Source: Veleropilina oligotropha
Taxonomy: Eukaryota
Direction: 5' to 3'
Length of the DNA: 64,000 nt
Assembly (NCBI GenBank): GCA_048128005.1
Contig: JBEUKZ010000064.1
Coordinates: 434,001-498,000, forward strand
The notes under the pieces were generated by a model that ran no database searches, had not been told where the DNA came from, and saw only the letters and a program-made list of their open reading frames with translations. Numbering within the stretch: the first letter of the stretch is position 1; the number at the start of each line of letters is the position of its first letter. Made by a program: the position numbers and the translations under genes. This document shows positions 1 through 17,490 of this stretch, one piece after another.

Positions 1-1150
1 ATGACTATGAAGACACGAAGAATCAAAGGCGTAAATACGGACACCCCAACAATGAATTGAGAATGCAGATTGATAATGGGAGGAAAAAGGTCGTGGCAAT
101 ATGATGAGTTGGGTGCTTATGAAAAAGTAGTAAGATCGAAGGCAAACTCAGCTGGTGTAATGAGCAGGAATGGAATCATGCTCACTGACCTATATGGTGT
201 TAAAGGAAGAAGGACACAGAATGCAGAAGACTTGTGTGCGAAAAAGGACTAACCGGATGTCAGGCATGCTGATTGTAAAGGACCTGTTCTCCTAGACAGT
301 GAAATTATGGAAGACGGAAGGTGCTGATGGAATTCTGGCAGAGATGATGAAAACGCAAGGAGAGGCAGGAATCGATTATCTCGTCGCATTATGCAAGTCG
401 ATAGACATGAAAGGCGAATGTTCAGATGATTTTCACATGTACGTGAAATGCACCGAACATCGCACTATGTAATAGTCTCATTGTACACAAAACGTAAGTC
501 ATTCTGAACGTTCTTACCCGCAGAATCGAAGCAGAGGCAATGGACTATATCGGCAATAATCAGTTCGACTTCGTGAGTGGGACAAGGGAGGCAACAGCAG
601 TGATGAGAGTGATTGCTGAGAGGAGCATCGATTACGGAAAAGGGTTTCGAGCAGACGGTCACGAAGAGAAATGAGACAGGGTTGACCCCTCTCACTATTA
701 TTGTTCAACTTCTATGCAGAAACTATGGTAAAAGAGACACATAATGTTATTGACAGAAAGCGTTGAACAACAGGAATTTGAAGAAGAGATTAGTCCGTGT
801 TTTGGATTGATCTGATGTACGGGGCTGAAGCGTGGACACAAAGGAATGCTGACATCAGACGTCTGGAGAGCTGTAAAATGGGGTTTAAGCAAAGAATAAA
901 ATGATTAGCAACGACGAGCTCCTGGGGATGGTGGGAGAGAAAAGAACAGGTAGAATAACGAGATCGGTCATGTCCTCCGGAATGAATGAATGTCATCGAA
1001 GGCAAACGCTGGGGCTTAGGCCGTAGGGTCGGAAGAGAATGGCACTGCTTGTTGGTATAAAGAAAATGGGCCCCTATGACGATCTTAAAAGGAGAGCCCA
1101 TCGATAGGGAACGCTGAAATGTCACGAGTCCTGGACCTGTCACTGGCAGA
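1..1150 (+). mobile_element. Highly decayed non-LTR retrotransposon (RTE-like) reverse transcriptase remnant
   Basis: Broken frames contain RT-like pieces: Q-F..GTREA..VMRVIAERSI (~560-640), RQG*PLS.LLFNFYAE (~670-720) and LMYGAEAWT (~812-840). Many stops; boundaries approximate. Confidence 0.55.
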
Positions 1151-2071
1151 CGTGTTTGCTTTTATGATACTAAAAGTAATTACTCTCTGGAGAAGCGTTA
1201 GAAACGACCGCCATACACAGACATCTCAGCAATGGTTGTCGACCATGGTCACAAATTGTCGTTACATGGCTTCGATTGAAATTTTAAACATATATTTAAC
1301 GGTCACAGTTGTCCATAACCGGCCGGTGAGATTGTATTTTCACGGACGATAATGTGGACATATTCTGGTGTGAACTTGAATGTTGTTAAAACGAGAAAGT
1401 AAACATGGATCAAAATCCTGGACACTCCTGCGACGAGTTTAATATACAGTATGTGCAAGAGGGAGGGGCATAATATTATATATATATTCACGAACTTCGT
1501 CCAAAATCTACTGTATTCAACATTATTATATAAATAATGGGGACATAGCATAACTGATCAGTTAATCCGATGGTCAAATGGATAAAAGCGTTGCTTTCAA
1601 TTTACTCATACTGACTATTCCATTTTCATGGAGTGAGTTTGAAAACAGTCGTATAGCTTGTTGACAGTCATAACTGGGTGATTGGTTTTATTCCCCGCAC
1701 TAATATGGTTATATGCATTGGTATAACCCTTAAGGGTGATATGACAAACAAAAATCCAACCATCCACATGATACTAGTACAAAAGGAATGAGAAACGCAG
1801 ATTAATAAGTATAGGTTATACCACGAGGTTTGGTTGTCTAATCGGAAAAGCCTGCAGTTAATTAACTGCACGGGCTTTTCCGATTAGATAACACAAACAG
1901 AGTGATATAACCGACTTAAACCATTTCAAAAGCGTAAAATAATTTAAAATATGTGATTTTAATAACGTAATACACCCAGAAAGTAGTCCCCCGTGGTCTA
2001 ACTGACAATATGGCCAGTTAGACCACGGGCCAAGACATTAGAATGACGTCATAAAAATGGTTTTAATCGTT

Positions 2072-2077
2072 TTTATT
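2072..2077 (-). promoter_or_regulatory. Candidate polyadenylation signal of beta-tubulin
   Basis: AATAAA on the minus strand about 50 nt downstream of the stop codon. Confidence 0.5.
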
Positions 2078-2125
2078 TGACCAGCAAAATCTAAACTATA
2101 GATCAGAATCATCACGATCGCTGGT

Positions 2126-5736
<3,611 letters not shown>

Positions 5737-6540
5737 GCTGATGGTTGGTTTGGAAGGTGTCGGAATATGACTTGCTCGAGCAGTATGATGAACCTATTGC
5801 TTCACTCCACCGTGCTATACATATGACGCCCGTTCAATGTTGCTTGGTGACGTTTCGCATAATCCGTATTGTCATTAGAAACGATGTTTGCGCGACACGT
5901 GGCCATTTAAACTACGCGCTTTAATAATTTAACACAATTAGCTTAATTACTCCTATTTCATAAACCAACTTTGATCCGATACAACTTGCTTAGCAGACCA
6001 GCTAAGACATTATGTAAAAATCAATTACCTATATACAATTCAATCTTTTCATAGTGTTGTAAACATTCTACACATGTTTCGAAGTGAGCAGTATTGCTTT
6101 GGAAAAAAACGACAGGTAGTGTTAAAATAAGATAGCCAAACTGCTAGAGTAAAGCGCTACCCAATACATACGTATACAATAATAGTATTGAATATATTCA
6201 TTCACACAACATAATAATTGGTATTTGCTGTTTTGCGAGTAAATTAAATATTTATAACGTAAATTACCGTGTTTCATTTAACGGCAATAGCATATGAAAG
6301 CTCCTTGCCTTCAAACAATTACAAAATACAACGCAGATATTTGCCCATATTTTACCAAATAACAACGGTAAGCATATCAGAATACACAATGAGTACTGTT
6401 ACAGGGCCGGCTCTACCAATTTCATATTGGGGGGGGGGGCATCTTCTAAAAGGGCACTTTATATATATATATATATATAAGTCAATTCTGCCATTTTTCT
6501 TTAAAAAGATTGCAAGCAAATGAAGTTAACGGGCAATCAT

Positions 6541-6561
6541 GTGGTATCAACGCAGAGTACT
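6541..6561 (+). other. Library adapter remnant (SMART/ISPCR-type amplification adapter)
   Basis: GTGGTATCAACGCAGAGTACT is the last 21 nt of AAGCAGTGGTATCAACGCAGAGTACT. Confidence 0.85.
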
Positions 6562-9500
6562 AAGGCCACCATGGAATAGGGAAAAAATTCTTCATCTCAT
6601 ACATTTGTAGACAGATAAGATAGATGCGTTAATAATATGTTGTTTTATATGTTTTTTTTATACTAGTAAGACAATTCTGTCATTTATTTTCATAATAACA
6701 CAATCAAATCAAGTTGGCAAGCATATATATATATTTGTTTGAAAATGTGACTGCGTCCAAAATGAAATCATATAAACATATTTTCTCAGCAATTGCCATC
6801 CGCTCTTTTTCGTTTACTTGTAAATACTTTTATTTATCACAACATGAGCCAGGTAGGATAGGGACATTGATAATGTTTGTTTTGTATGTGTTGTGATACG
6901 AAAAAGCCAATTGCGCGTTTGTGCGTTTTGCCTATAGGTGTCAAAATGGAGATCTTCCGAAGTTAAATTATATTTCTGGCTTTGTTTCAGTATATTTAAA
7001 TTTTCCATGTATTAATGCTAATCACCAAAGCATATATCAACAATGTTAAGCGTTTACTATGCACCATTAAAAACCAAGAAGAATCCACACACCGCCCCCA
7101 AAAGGAGTTTAGTCTTTCATATAGACTGATAGGCCAACGATTGTGAACCGCAGATGCAAATAGACAATGTCAAATTCATTCGGTCCAACGCATTCTTTTA
7201 CGTTTAACTCTAGTCGTCATCGTAATATGACCATGAACCTCTGGAAAATCCTTAGCTCTTCTTTGACTTTCACTAGTTTTTTACCTCTATGCTGTGGTAT
7301 TTAACTATTACCACCTACAGTGCTCCAATTGTCATTTTCTGCATTTTGTCACAGAGAGTCGTCCGTCAGTTAGACGCCCCATTACAAATGATTTAATCTG
7401 ATGTCATTCACTGATATCTTTGGACACTTTATATATCATAAGTTCTTTGCTAATCAGGTTGCGTACGTCGTACTATCATTTGTATACCAGGAAAGAGTCT
7501 TCGTGTTCGTTGAACATCACAGTGAGTTTGGAAACATTATTCATCATTCGGAAAACCATCCACCCTGTGACTTCATGAGGTTGTGTCCAATTGTCATTAT
7601 CATTACTGCCCTATTCATTCGCAAATTCGTATAGTGATTTGATCACTCTGGTACAATAGGGAATATATTATTAAGTGCCTTCTAGTTTTGAGTTATTCCT
7701 ACATTTCCCCCATTGACCTATGCTCTTGCTCAATTCATGATCTGGATGTTATTGACGCCTGCCACAGCTTTCATCCCCCAGAAGTTCCTTTCATGAATTA
7801 TTTCCAAAGTTCCCGATGCAGATTTGCTGTCTCCCTCATTTATGTCGCTACAGTATGCCTTTTTCAGAGAAACGGATGACAGTTTCAGGAATCCTCTTCG
7901 GATTCCGTCATGAAGAAACTATACAGATTGAATAGACCAATGAGGGTAGCCATGTTTCCTGAGTGATCTACATTATATATTTATATATTAATATATTATA
8001 TATGCTTGCCAATGGCATTCAAATTTGAGTTACGGCTGTTGATGAGTGCAGTTTAGCCTCCACCCACACCAGGCCTAGTAAATTTCACACCCATCCATGC
8101 ATTCTTTCAACGCTGCTAAAGCCCAAAACACAATATTCAAGTTTTCAGGCTGGAAGAGAAAATGCTCTCTGATGTCCCTGCACTCCACCAACAGCTTCAT
8201 AATCAGGTTATACAACTGCACACCCTTTTTAACACGAGATGTGATGCCATGGGTGATCGGATTAATGAAGGGGCAAAGGCAGCATTGGTCCTGTCACTCT
8301 TGTGGTTGATGGATGATAGCTAGAAATTGAAAGCCACCCGTGATATTTGTACGTTTATTTGTTGTTTTCATCTTCATCAAAGTTCATGCAACCAGTAATT
8401 CAAGCTATAGATGTTTTCTTATTCAGGCCTATGGCCGGTTTCAATGTGCTCAACATGCCATCTCTCATTCGTTCCAATGTAAAGCTTAACCTTTCAAAGA
8501 TCAATCAGGATCACTTGGTTGCATCATTGGCGACTTGTCAGTAGACACAGGATAATATATAGCTATTGTGGTACCATGAAGCATGTAATGTTCTTCATAC
8601 CACAAATGGTTGATCACACTTTTTATTTACCAAAATACTGATCTTTTGGGGTTTTTTCTGCAGAAAAACCATGATTTAGGCAAACATACGCTGACTCATA
8701 CTCTCGCCATATACGCAACGTTCACAATCATCCTCAATAATATCATTGATTATCATCAAGTTCGAAATCAACAGAATGCGCATATTTAGAGGCGGATAAT
8801 TCACCCTCTTGTAATGTATATATTACTGTACAGTTAAACAAATCTCGCCACGAGAGTATGTATGGCACATGTAATGATACAAAAGATTATTTAATACTAG
8901 TTACATGATAAAGATCGGATGAAAATAGGCAAGGGAATACGTTTTTACTTGGGATTCAATCAAGTTTCATACGTATGTATATGCCTGCCAACTTGATTTT
9001 ATTGTCAATAATACTTTATTTTTAATAATTCATGGTGGCCATCTTGGAATTCGTAAAGTTTTACACGTATATATGACCGCCAAAGTCATTTCTTGGTAAC
9101 TTTTTTAAATATAAATTGCCGAATCGGCTTCCTGACGTTTGAAAACAAATAAAACGACACATTATTCATGTATATATCAATTCTGACCGAAAAGATACGA
9201 GATACAGAATAGTTTCACTATTCGATGGCGGCCATCTTGGATTACGTCATATTACTACCTATTAGGGGTGTCGAAAATAATGCAACCCTATTTTTCTTAT
9301 TCCTTATATTATTTTAAAATAGAATCCAGTGATAAATCACTTTTAACAAACAAAATACACGAAATTACATAGTGGCCTACACTACAGGGCAAAAGCGATA
9401 TTTCTTACCAACATTTATGAAACATTTTCACTAAAATATATGAGTAATCTTTTCCATTTCTTCACAATCTAACACATGCATGTCTGCTTTCAAACGTGAG

Positions 9501-9792
9501 GTCCAGACCACCTGTATCCACAGAAAGGTCAAGAAATGGTGTGAAACTCGATCCTCTCCTGCATTTTGACACTAAATTTTCACTAAAATGTATAAAGAAA
9601 ATCTTCGTTTTTCACAATCAAAGACAAGCATTTTTTTATTTTCTAGAGGGACGGGGGGGGGGGGGGGCGGACCTCGTAGACCCCAGAAAATTTTGATCAA
9701 TATACAATGTGAAATCCCCCTCTCCTGCATTCTGCCAGTGCAAACGCGATATTTCTTACAAACATTTACTTCGGGGTTTTTCGCAATGAAAC

Positions 9793-10060
9793 GGGGCCGC
9801 TTCGGTAGCGCAGTGGGTAGAGTGTCCACTCTAAATCCACTGGCTTGTTTCCGCTGACGCTAACAGTAGTGGGATCGACCCCCGGCTGAGGCAGCACACA
9901 TTTGTTCAAGTTATGAAGCACAGTTGTCCGTGACTGGCCGAAGAGGGCGGGTTTACCCGGGCGACCGGGGTTTCCTCCCGCGATAACACGGACATGTCCT
10001 GCCTTGAACCTCGATGTTATAAATATACAGGACATTAAGCATAATCCCCCCCCCCCCCCC
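9793..10060 (+). mobile_element. tRNA-derived SINE
   Basis: A-box-like TAGCGCAGTGG and B-box-like GGATCGACCC. 13-bp TSD TTCGCAATGAAAC (9780-9792 / 10061-10073). Related copies at 56868-57131 (-) and ~61235-61620 (+). Confidence 0.85.
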
Positions 10061-10199
10061 TTCGCAATGAAACACATGCATTTCTCATTTTCAAAAGGAG
10101 GGGCCTTTTCTGATTCTCAGAAAAGTGTAACAATTAATGATGTGAAGCCCCTTCACATGCATTCTGGCAGTACACACACGATATTTTGTACCAACATCT

Positions 10200-10330
10200 A
10201 TAGCTAGTATGTTCTAGTATGTTCGTATGCTAGTTTGGTCTACTATGTTCTAACCCTAGTTGGTATGATCGTATGTTAGCTAGTATGGTATAGTATGTTA
10301 GCTAGTATGATCGTATGGTAGTACGTTCCG
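10200..10330. repeat. Degenerate TAGTATG-type simple repeat
   Basis: Repeated TAGTATG/CTAGTATGTT units. Confidence 0.6.
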
Positions 10331-10640
10331 TATATCACCGAGGATACCTAGCCTAGGGGATACCCATCCACGAGTCTACAAGACAGCGTGTCCTACACAG
10401 AACGACGACCAGACTCACTACCCACATGGGTCAACAGCGTGCTGACGTAGTTAACACGTTCAAGATGTCCAGATTCATATGAATGCTGATATGAAGACAG
10501 CATTCGGCGCAGCAGACGATGCGAGTCGAGTGTCAGGGACAACAACCTGCCGCAGTCATCTCTCGGCAAGTCCACCGATTGGACTACATTTGAAAGAGCA
10601 AACTGAACCAGCAGCTGCAGAGTTCCAAAAGTTGGAAAAA

Positions 10641-10850
10641 CGGGGAAGCCCTTCATGTAAGACTACACGAAATATATTATAATGTTAGTGAACCGTGCTA
10701 ACTAGCACTGACCCTAATTAATGTCCATGTAATATATATTTAACTCAAACTGCATATATTCCATGGGCATTAATTAGGGTCATTGGTAGTTAAGCAGGGT
10801 TCGCTACCATTACAATAAATTCCGTGCAGTTTTACAGAAAGACTTCCCGA
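10641..10850. repeat. Imperfect ~210-bp palindrome (MITE-like hairpin)
   Basis: Arms pair, e.g. TGACCCTAATTAATGTCCATG with CATGGGCATTAATTAGGGTCA, and CGGGGAAG with CTTCCCG at the ends. Confidence 0.6.
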
Positions 10851-11214
10851 AAAACGTGTGTGAGACCTCTGCTACTATCAAAACATTCAAATGACTTAAT
10901 TCTATCAAAAGAATGACAACATCAATTCAGTTGCGTAAACCTCATATTTAATGGTAGTCCAGTGGCAGGAACACAATAGGTGGTTTTAGCGTTCAGACAA
11001 ATTTTTTTTAGTGTTTCGGTCAATTTATTATATACTAATGCCAATTCAGGCGGATGCCAAGTTGTCATCTTTTGGGAATTTGTTTTTTTGCATTTTCAAT
11101 GTGGTACCCCCACCCCCGTAATGGAGACAAATAAAAAAATTATATTAAAAAATAAAAACCATCAATATGCATATCAAATGAAAGGTCTTGACGAGTGCAA
11201 CGTAAATAAGTCAT

Positions 11215-12450
11215 TTATTTCCTTCTTGATGGTCAATTAATAACATTAAACCATAAATAAACATTTCACTAGGACAATGATATACTCTTGTGGGATCAAT
11301 TTAAGAGACCAATGAAGCATCATCTTCACCTTGGTTGTCATCACGGTAATTGACAGTGTTATTTTTGACATTGTAACAGTCATTCTATTAGCTGGTGGCA
11401 GCTACATAATATGGAACAAGATAGCTACGCTGCAGAACATCGACATATTGCGGTAGCATCCACAAACATTCACATCGAAACAATTGCAACACATTTTCTG
11501 GTGGACAAATTTAATTTGATGGTAACATTGTTGGAACTAGCCGTAGCTTAGCTTGCTCATCTAGGCACCACACATAATTCACAGCACTCATTGAAGGCAG
11601 GTCAGGTGCAAGTGTACGTCGTCTATATACTGTATCTAAAGGCGGACATGTCTCTAGTGACACATAGCATGCAGGAACGAAGGATTTTAACTCTGCAATC
11701 ACTCAGTCATTATCTACATTTGCTTTGCCAAGGTTGTTCAATGCATGATTTAATTTAAGTAGGAAGGTTTTTTCAAGTCCAAACCGCTGAGACAGTGGTG
11801 TCACAATCTGATAGTAATTTGTCAGAAATGTCAGAATGTCGCTCCGCTAAGGCCTTATATCCACTACTTTTCTATTGGAACTGGTGATCATCATCAGAAT
11901 GTGGCACGTCGGGTTTTCCTGGGAGTAGAGAAGTGGATGAGTAAAGCAAACACATCTGTAACATCACATACAACGTCTATTCGAGAGGCTCCACCGTTAG
12001 CAAGCTTGACAGCTTGTTGGACGATAATGACATCTGTCTCTTCGTGTGTTGTTCTCAGGTGCAGCGGCCAATCAGATCTCACGAAAATCGGCTTGATGGC
12101 GTTATATAACCAAAATCTAGTAGTTCATCTATGGAATGCCGTGACCTCTAAGATCTTCATGAAATCAGTATATGTATTTCACAGTATTTATAACCCCATG
12201 AGGGATTTTCTCCATTACCATGCATAGGGTTCGGCAGTTTTCGGAAACCTTTCGCTGGACAATTCCTCCAAATGATAACTTCATGATGTCTTCTCTCAAG
12301 GCAACTCTTTCCCATCAGTGTAACAATGAATCCACAGAAACTTGTCAGCATATGTATTGTGGAATGAAATGACTAAGCAGACCATGATACTCCCATGTAA
12401 TGTTCCCGCGACTCGATACAGTTGTTGATCAGCAGTGAATAAGGTGACGC
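11215..12450 (-). mobile_element. Academ-like DNA transposon remnant (XPG-like nuclease and Cys-rich tail)
   Basis: HEETDVIIVQQAV...VVCDVTDVFALLIHF, a DCDT motif near 11800 and a Cys cluster near 11400-11500. This combination is typical of Academ proteins; heavily broken. Confidence 0.55.
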
Positions 12451-13087
12451 TTTGTCCAGTTTATTTTGTCATTTGTTTGGGTCTGGTGGTATATCATTTA
12501 GAGTTGTGTACAAGGCCTTCGGTGCAGACCTGATAGTTTGCCATTTCTCCCTGGACATACATGTGTTGAAACCGTTGAATTCTGGTAGAATCATATTTTT
12601 TCCATATTTCAATTCAATTTATTACTGCTTTAAACACGTACGTGTTTTTTAGCCAATCGTGTACAATATATACATTGCAGACAGGTGAGAAAAAGATTAT
12701 TAATAGTACAAAATATAACATTTACACAATCATTTGCGGTACACAATAAAATATACACAATCATAATCACTCAACTTGTATCGAACATGAAGGAAAGTGA
12801 ATCAGCATATAAGCACGCTTTATGCGTCAATAAAATATTTGTATGCAGTATATGTCTTACGCAATTATGCATAACAAAAGTGTATACATGATGATATTGT
12901 GAAATACTGGTATTGTCTCTTAAAATTGATGGGTTACATAGCATATGAAGTGTCATATGAACGACAACACATTTATAGATGAGAATATTGTATATATTAC
13001 ACAGTTTATCAAAGGTAAAAAGTTTATTTGAACATATACATATTGACAATCTAGTAGTACAAGTACAAAGTCATGTGCATACAAATT

Positions 13088-14960
13088 TTAAGTGTCATTT
13101 CGTATCCTAAGTGCTTGCTTTAAAAAGGTTCCAAGCTTTGATTGTGTGCAAAGCGAGTCGGATAACATTAAATTAAAAAATTTCTGTCGAGTTGGCCATC
13201 TCGTAAAATATTTTGGAAGACATTTCAAACGAAGATTTCGATATTTTGGACATACTAATATAAATTGGTATTCGTCCTCTATTGCGTGCTGATTACAATG
13301 CTGGCATAACCGAAGTGATCTGTCAATTTCTTGCATACGCACTAGTTCGATTTCTAATTTGCATGTGCCACTTCTTATAAGGGCAATCAATCTTCTCGAC
13401 GTGCGGTCACTCATAATAAGATACTTATCCATTATCATTAAAGGTTTATATTCCTGGTAAAAATTCAATTTAGATGTCATTTGGACGGTGTTATGCCAGC
13501 ATTGCTGAAATTGATCATGTAGTCGCTGTACAATTAATTTTATTGGTATTTCAACTGTGTCTTGGGCACACCAATAGTTATTTAATACTATAGTTCATAT
13601 AGCAATGTCGAATATTAGACGCTCAATTCTTAATGTTGGTTCTGTGACATTCGATTCTCATATATTTATAGACTTGGTATATTAAGGTATTATTATTTGA
13701 GATTAGATTGGCCCAGTTTCGTAACATTTTTTCTTTTCGTACAGTTAACATGGTTACTCTATCTAGATATCCATACATAAAATAGTTACTTGCCTTCTGT
13801 GAAACTTGCTATGCCTTCCTACAAAATTTTAAGTGTACTTTTTCAATCTCGTCACCTTTATAGAATCCCCAGACATCGGCTCCATAGTTTAGAATGAGTG
13901 ATACTAAAGTATCAAGCATTTGTAAATGAGAATTAATTGGAAAGCTCTTCAGTATTTGGGATAATCCCCCAAGAGCTCGTCCACCTTGTTTGGCCTGTCT
14001 AATTTGTGCATGTTTACAATTTCCACTTTTGTGCAGATTTACTCCAAGGTATGTAAAAGAGTCTAATTTCTCTAGAATGCTATCTCCATATTTAAACACA
14101 CAATTTATTGGACGACGCTTCCGTGTGAAAATAACAATCTTGGTTTTATTGCTATTGACAGTGATATTCCATTTTTTGCAGTATTGTCCGAGGTGATCTA
14201 ACAATTTCTGAAGCTCATATTTGGATTTTGCGAAGAGTGCTGCATCATAGGCAAATAGCAACGAAAATAATATCACAGTTTCAATGGTTATCACATCATT
14301 ATTATTATTCGGGATGTAGTTGAACATAAAATCATTTATAAAAAATAGAAATAATATTGGCGACAACGGTTCACCCTGTTTTACACCTTGGTAGCTTTGG
14401 AATATATCTGACATTTCGTGGTTATGTTTTACGCATAAGTCAACCTTGAAATACATGCACTTTATCAACAGTATTAGTTTAGTACTTGCACATGTATTCC
14501 AAAGTGTTTAGTATAGCACGTCTCTGTTGACTTTGTCAAAGGCTTTCTGAAAATCAACGAAAGCACAAAAAGATCCTTTTCTTTGACAACGTGTCTTCAA
14601 TAATACTCTGTAGAATGAAAATACAGTCTGTTGTGCTACGATTTGGTCTATAGCCGAATTGGTTTGCATTTAGCTTGTTATGTTCTTCTGTCCAGTTAAG
14701 TAATCTGTTTATAATGCTAGAAAGTATCTTACCAAACACGCTAGAAATGCATCAGACAAGTCTCCTGTCTTGGGAATGGGGACTATTATTCCTGTTGACC
14801 AAGACCTAGGAAACACACTCTTTTCTAGCATGATATTGAATAGTTTCTCAAGAAGAGGCGTTGTATATTCAATTGCATCTATAAACATTTCAGATATTAG
14901 GTTATCAATCCCAGGTCCTTTGTTTCTTTTTAGTTTATTTATTGTGGAGATCTTCTGTAA
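13088..14960 (-). mobile_element. Non-LTR retrotransposon ORF2 pseudogene (RT plus C-terminal CCHC-like knuckle), 5'-truncated
   Basis: QFGYRPNRSTTDCIF, GVKQGEPLSPILFLFFIND, LLFAYD (FADD), FTYLGV and RLCQHC...EDEYQFILVC. Frameshifts and stops. Confidence 0.85.
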
Positions 14961-15049
14961 GAAGTCGAAATCAACGCCATTAGCTCATGTAGCCTCTTCT
15001 AATGACGATAAACATGATATTATACGAATATGAATAATGAACTGGAAAT

Positions 15050-16190
15050 CACTGTCCAATGTTACAATGGAGCGACAATACCTTCAACGAATCCCAAACG
15101 TGTCAGTCGTTCCGTTCTACCGTTAAAGGGCTTGGATCAATAAGTACTGTCTGTAAAAACGGCTAATGGCGTTGATTTTCTTGAAATTAATCTTTCCATA
15201 TCCATGCTCAGCAGCATTGCATTATACAACCCTGCTCCAATGATTTGTATTCGTCACTTGGTGAAGAAGATGTCATCTGTCGTTTCAGGTGACATTTTTG
15301 ATGTATACGCTGAGACCCAGGATTTGTTTTGTGACATAAAATAGAACAACAAGAACCACTTCGGAGCAGTTTAAATTCTACATCCAAATGCAAGCCATCA
15401 CCTCGAAGTTCACTGCATTGTACGACAGTTCGGATCCGAAGGCCTTGTACACACCTCGAATTGATATGATACCACCAGACCCAATTACCATGATGACCGC
15501 GATGATGAAAGCACAGAGATTGATATATCAATCTGGAGAAAGCGTCGCCATAACCACTGCATAGAGTCGCGGTGAACATCACATGAGAGTATCATGATAT
15601 GTTCAATCAATTCAATCCACGATTCGGTAGAATGCACATGCTCATGAGTTATTGTGGATCCACGGTACACTGATGGACAACAGTGGCACTGGCGACATCG
15701 TGAAGTTGGAATTTGGAGTGGTTGTCACGCAAAAGGTTTCCGGAAACCTATGCATGGTAATGGAGGAAATCCTTTTTCGGGGTTAAAAATTATGCGAATA
15801 CACATACTAATTTGATGAAGACTTTAGAGTTCAGGGCATCACAAAGTCCAACAACTTAGATAACCTCATCACGTCGGTTATATGTTAATCATAATGTTCG
15901 TGAGAGCTGAACGTGAAGCTGATCCATGATTGGCGACTGCACATCATGCGGTTACATTTCAGATCAGCAATGGAGCTATTACAGACAGAGAAGACCTACG
16001 TATAGGATAACGGTTGCAATGTAAAAAATAACACTACAAATTCACGCAATGACAGTGATAGCAACGAAAGTGAAGATGATGCTTGATTGGTTACCTAAAT
16101 TGGTCCCACAAGAGTATATCGTGGTCCTAGTAAAATGTTTATTTATGGCTTACGTTATTAGTTGATCATCAAGAAGGGAATAAAGTGCTG
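15050..16190 (+). mobile_element. Second, internally deleted Academ-like remnant, inverted relative to 11215-12450
   Basis: IDMIPPDPITMMTAMMKAQRL (~15460-15520). 15730-15830 and 15975-16185 are reverse-complement similar to 12150-12260 and 11215-11400. Confidence 0.5.
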
Positions 16191-17372
16191 CAGATTGGTG
16201 AAACAATTGTGGCTTTTATGGTAAAAACACCAAATTTGGCAGAAAATGGTGTATTTTACTATATTTGTTAACTAAAATGTACAGTTATATACTTTTGGGC
16301 TCTTAAAATGTGGTGTATTCGACATCACCAACTCTGTCAGTTTTTATCCGAACCAAAATCCAACATGGCTGCCAAAAAACAAAATGCTGCCATAATACAT
16401 GAAAAATGGTTAATTTCAGCATATTACTAAATGCATAATGTATAGTTAAAGATATATTGCCCGTAATTATCGCTTATTGCCATACAAAGCCTTACTTACC
16501 TATTTGTGGATGTTACAAAAAGTTTTTATGATTCAAATTGGAAGAACGCACATTGTTTGCTGTGTTATAATAAAAAATCACCGCTGAAATCGTTGCCCGT
16601 TGTGAAATAAAGTCCATTCGACTGCAGCCATTTTGGTTGAATTCAGATCAACGCGTACATTATTGTTTCGGCCCAATTTGTATCGTCGTTCTTTTCGTCG
16701 AAACATACAGAAGTTTTGTCAAATATGAAAAAAATATTTAAATTGCATGCGATGTGACATTATTGTAAAATAGTACACCAGTAATAATGTTGCAGCTCAA
16801 CTTTCCATGATGTCCAAGTTATAACTTCGACAGTTACCAACTTGACGAAATTTCCTGTGGGCGGGCTGTAATAAAACCGAACCCGGTTTTATTATTTTTT
16901 ACCATTAATTCATAGGCGCTTCAGGTACCGTCTATAATTTTTTGGGAAAAATTGCAAAGTTTCTAACTTTGTCTAACTGGCAAAAATACATTTGCGGTCT
17001 AGGGTTTAAAATTAAAAGCATTTTTCACTACTTACGGGCAATACATCTTTAGGGGGCTAAGTAAAAAAATAGTTCATTTTTTGAAATTTTCTGATATTTT
17101 TGATTATAAATGTATATGACCTAAATATTTTAAGACCACCACCGGAAAGATGAAATAACGTAACTTTTATTCTAAACCTCAAAGATTAATAAATAATATC
17201 TCTATTTTGGGGTTTTCAAAAGTGAGAAAGTCGATTATGACATTATTTTGGCGACATCAGGTTAAGGTCAAGGTCAAATCACCATTTCAAGCTCAAAAAG
17301 TGAACAAAAAATGCGCAATATGGCCGCCGCCCGAAAGACGGAATATCATAACTTTTATTCTAAACATCAAAG

Positions 17373-17490
17373 GGGGGGGACTAGGGGGTTTTGAAATAAG
17401 TTAGGGTGGGGCCTGGGGCGACCAGGGAGGCTCCCAGCCCTATTTCCGAACTGAGGGGGGGCTCGTAATATATACCCCCCAGGGCAGTTT
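17373..17490 (+). repeat. E1 left TIR (~120 bp near-identical, degenerate to ~17547)
   Basis: GGGGGGGACTAGGGGGTTTTGAAATAAGTTAGGG...CGTAATATATACCCC.AGGGCAG is the reverse complement of ~33030-33145. Confidence 0.92.

Noticed and set aside
9793..9890. tRNA gene
   Set aside because: A/B-box-like motifs are followed by a long non-tRNA body, a tail and a TSD, and the sequence occurs in three copies, so it is a SINE.
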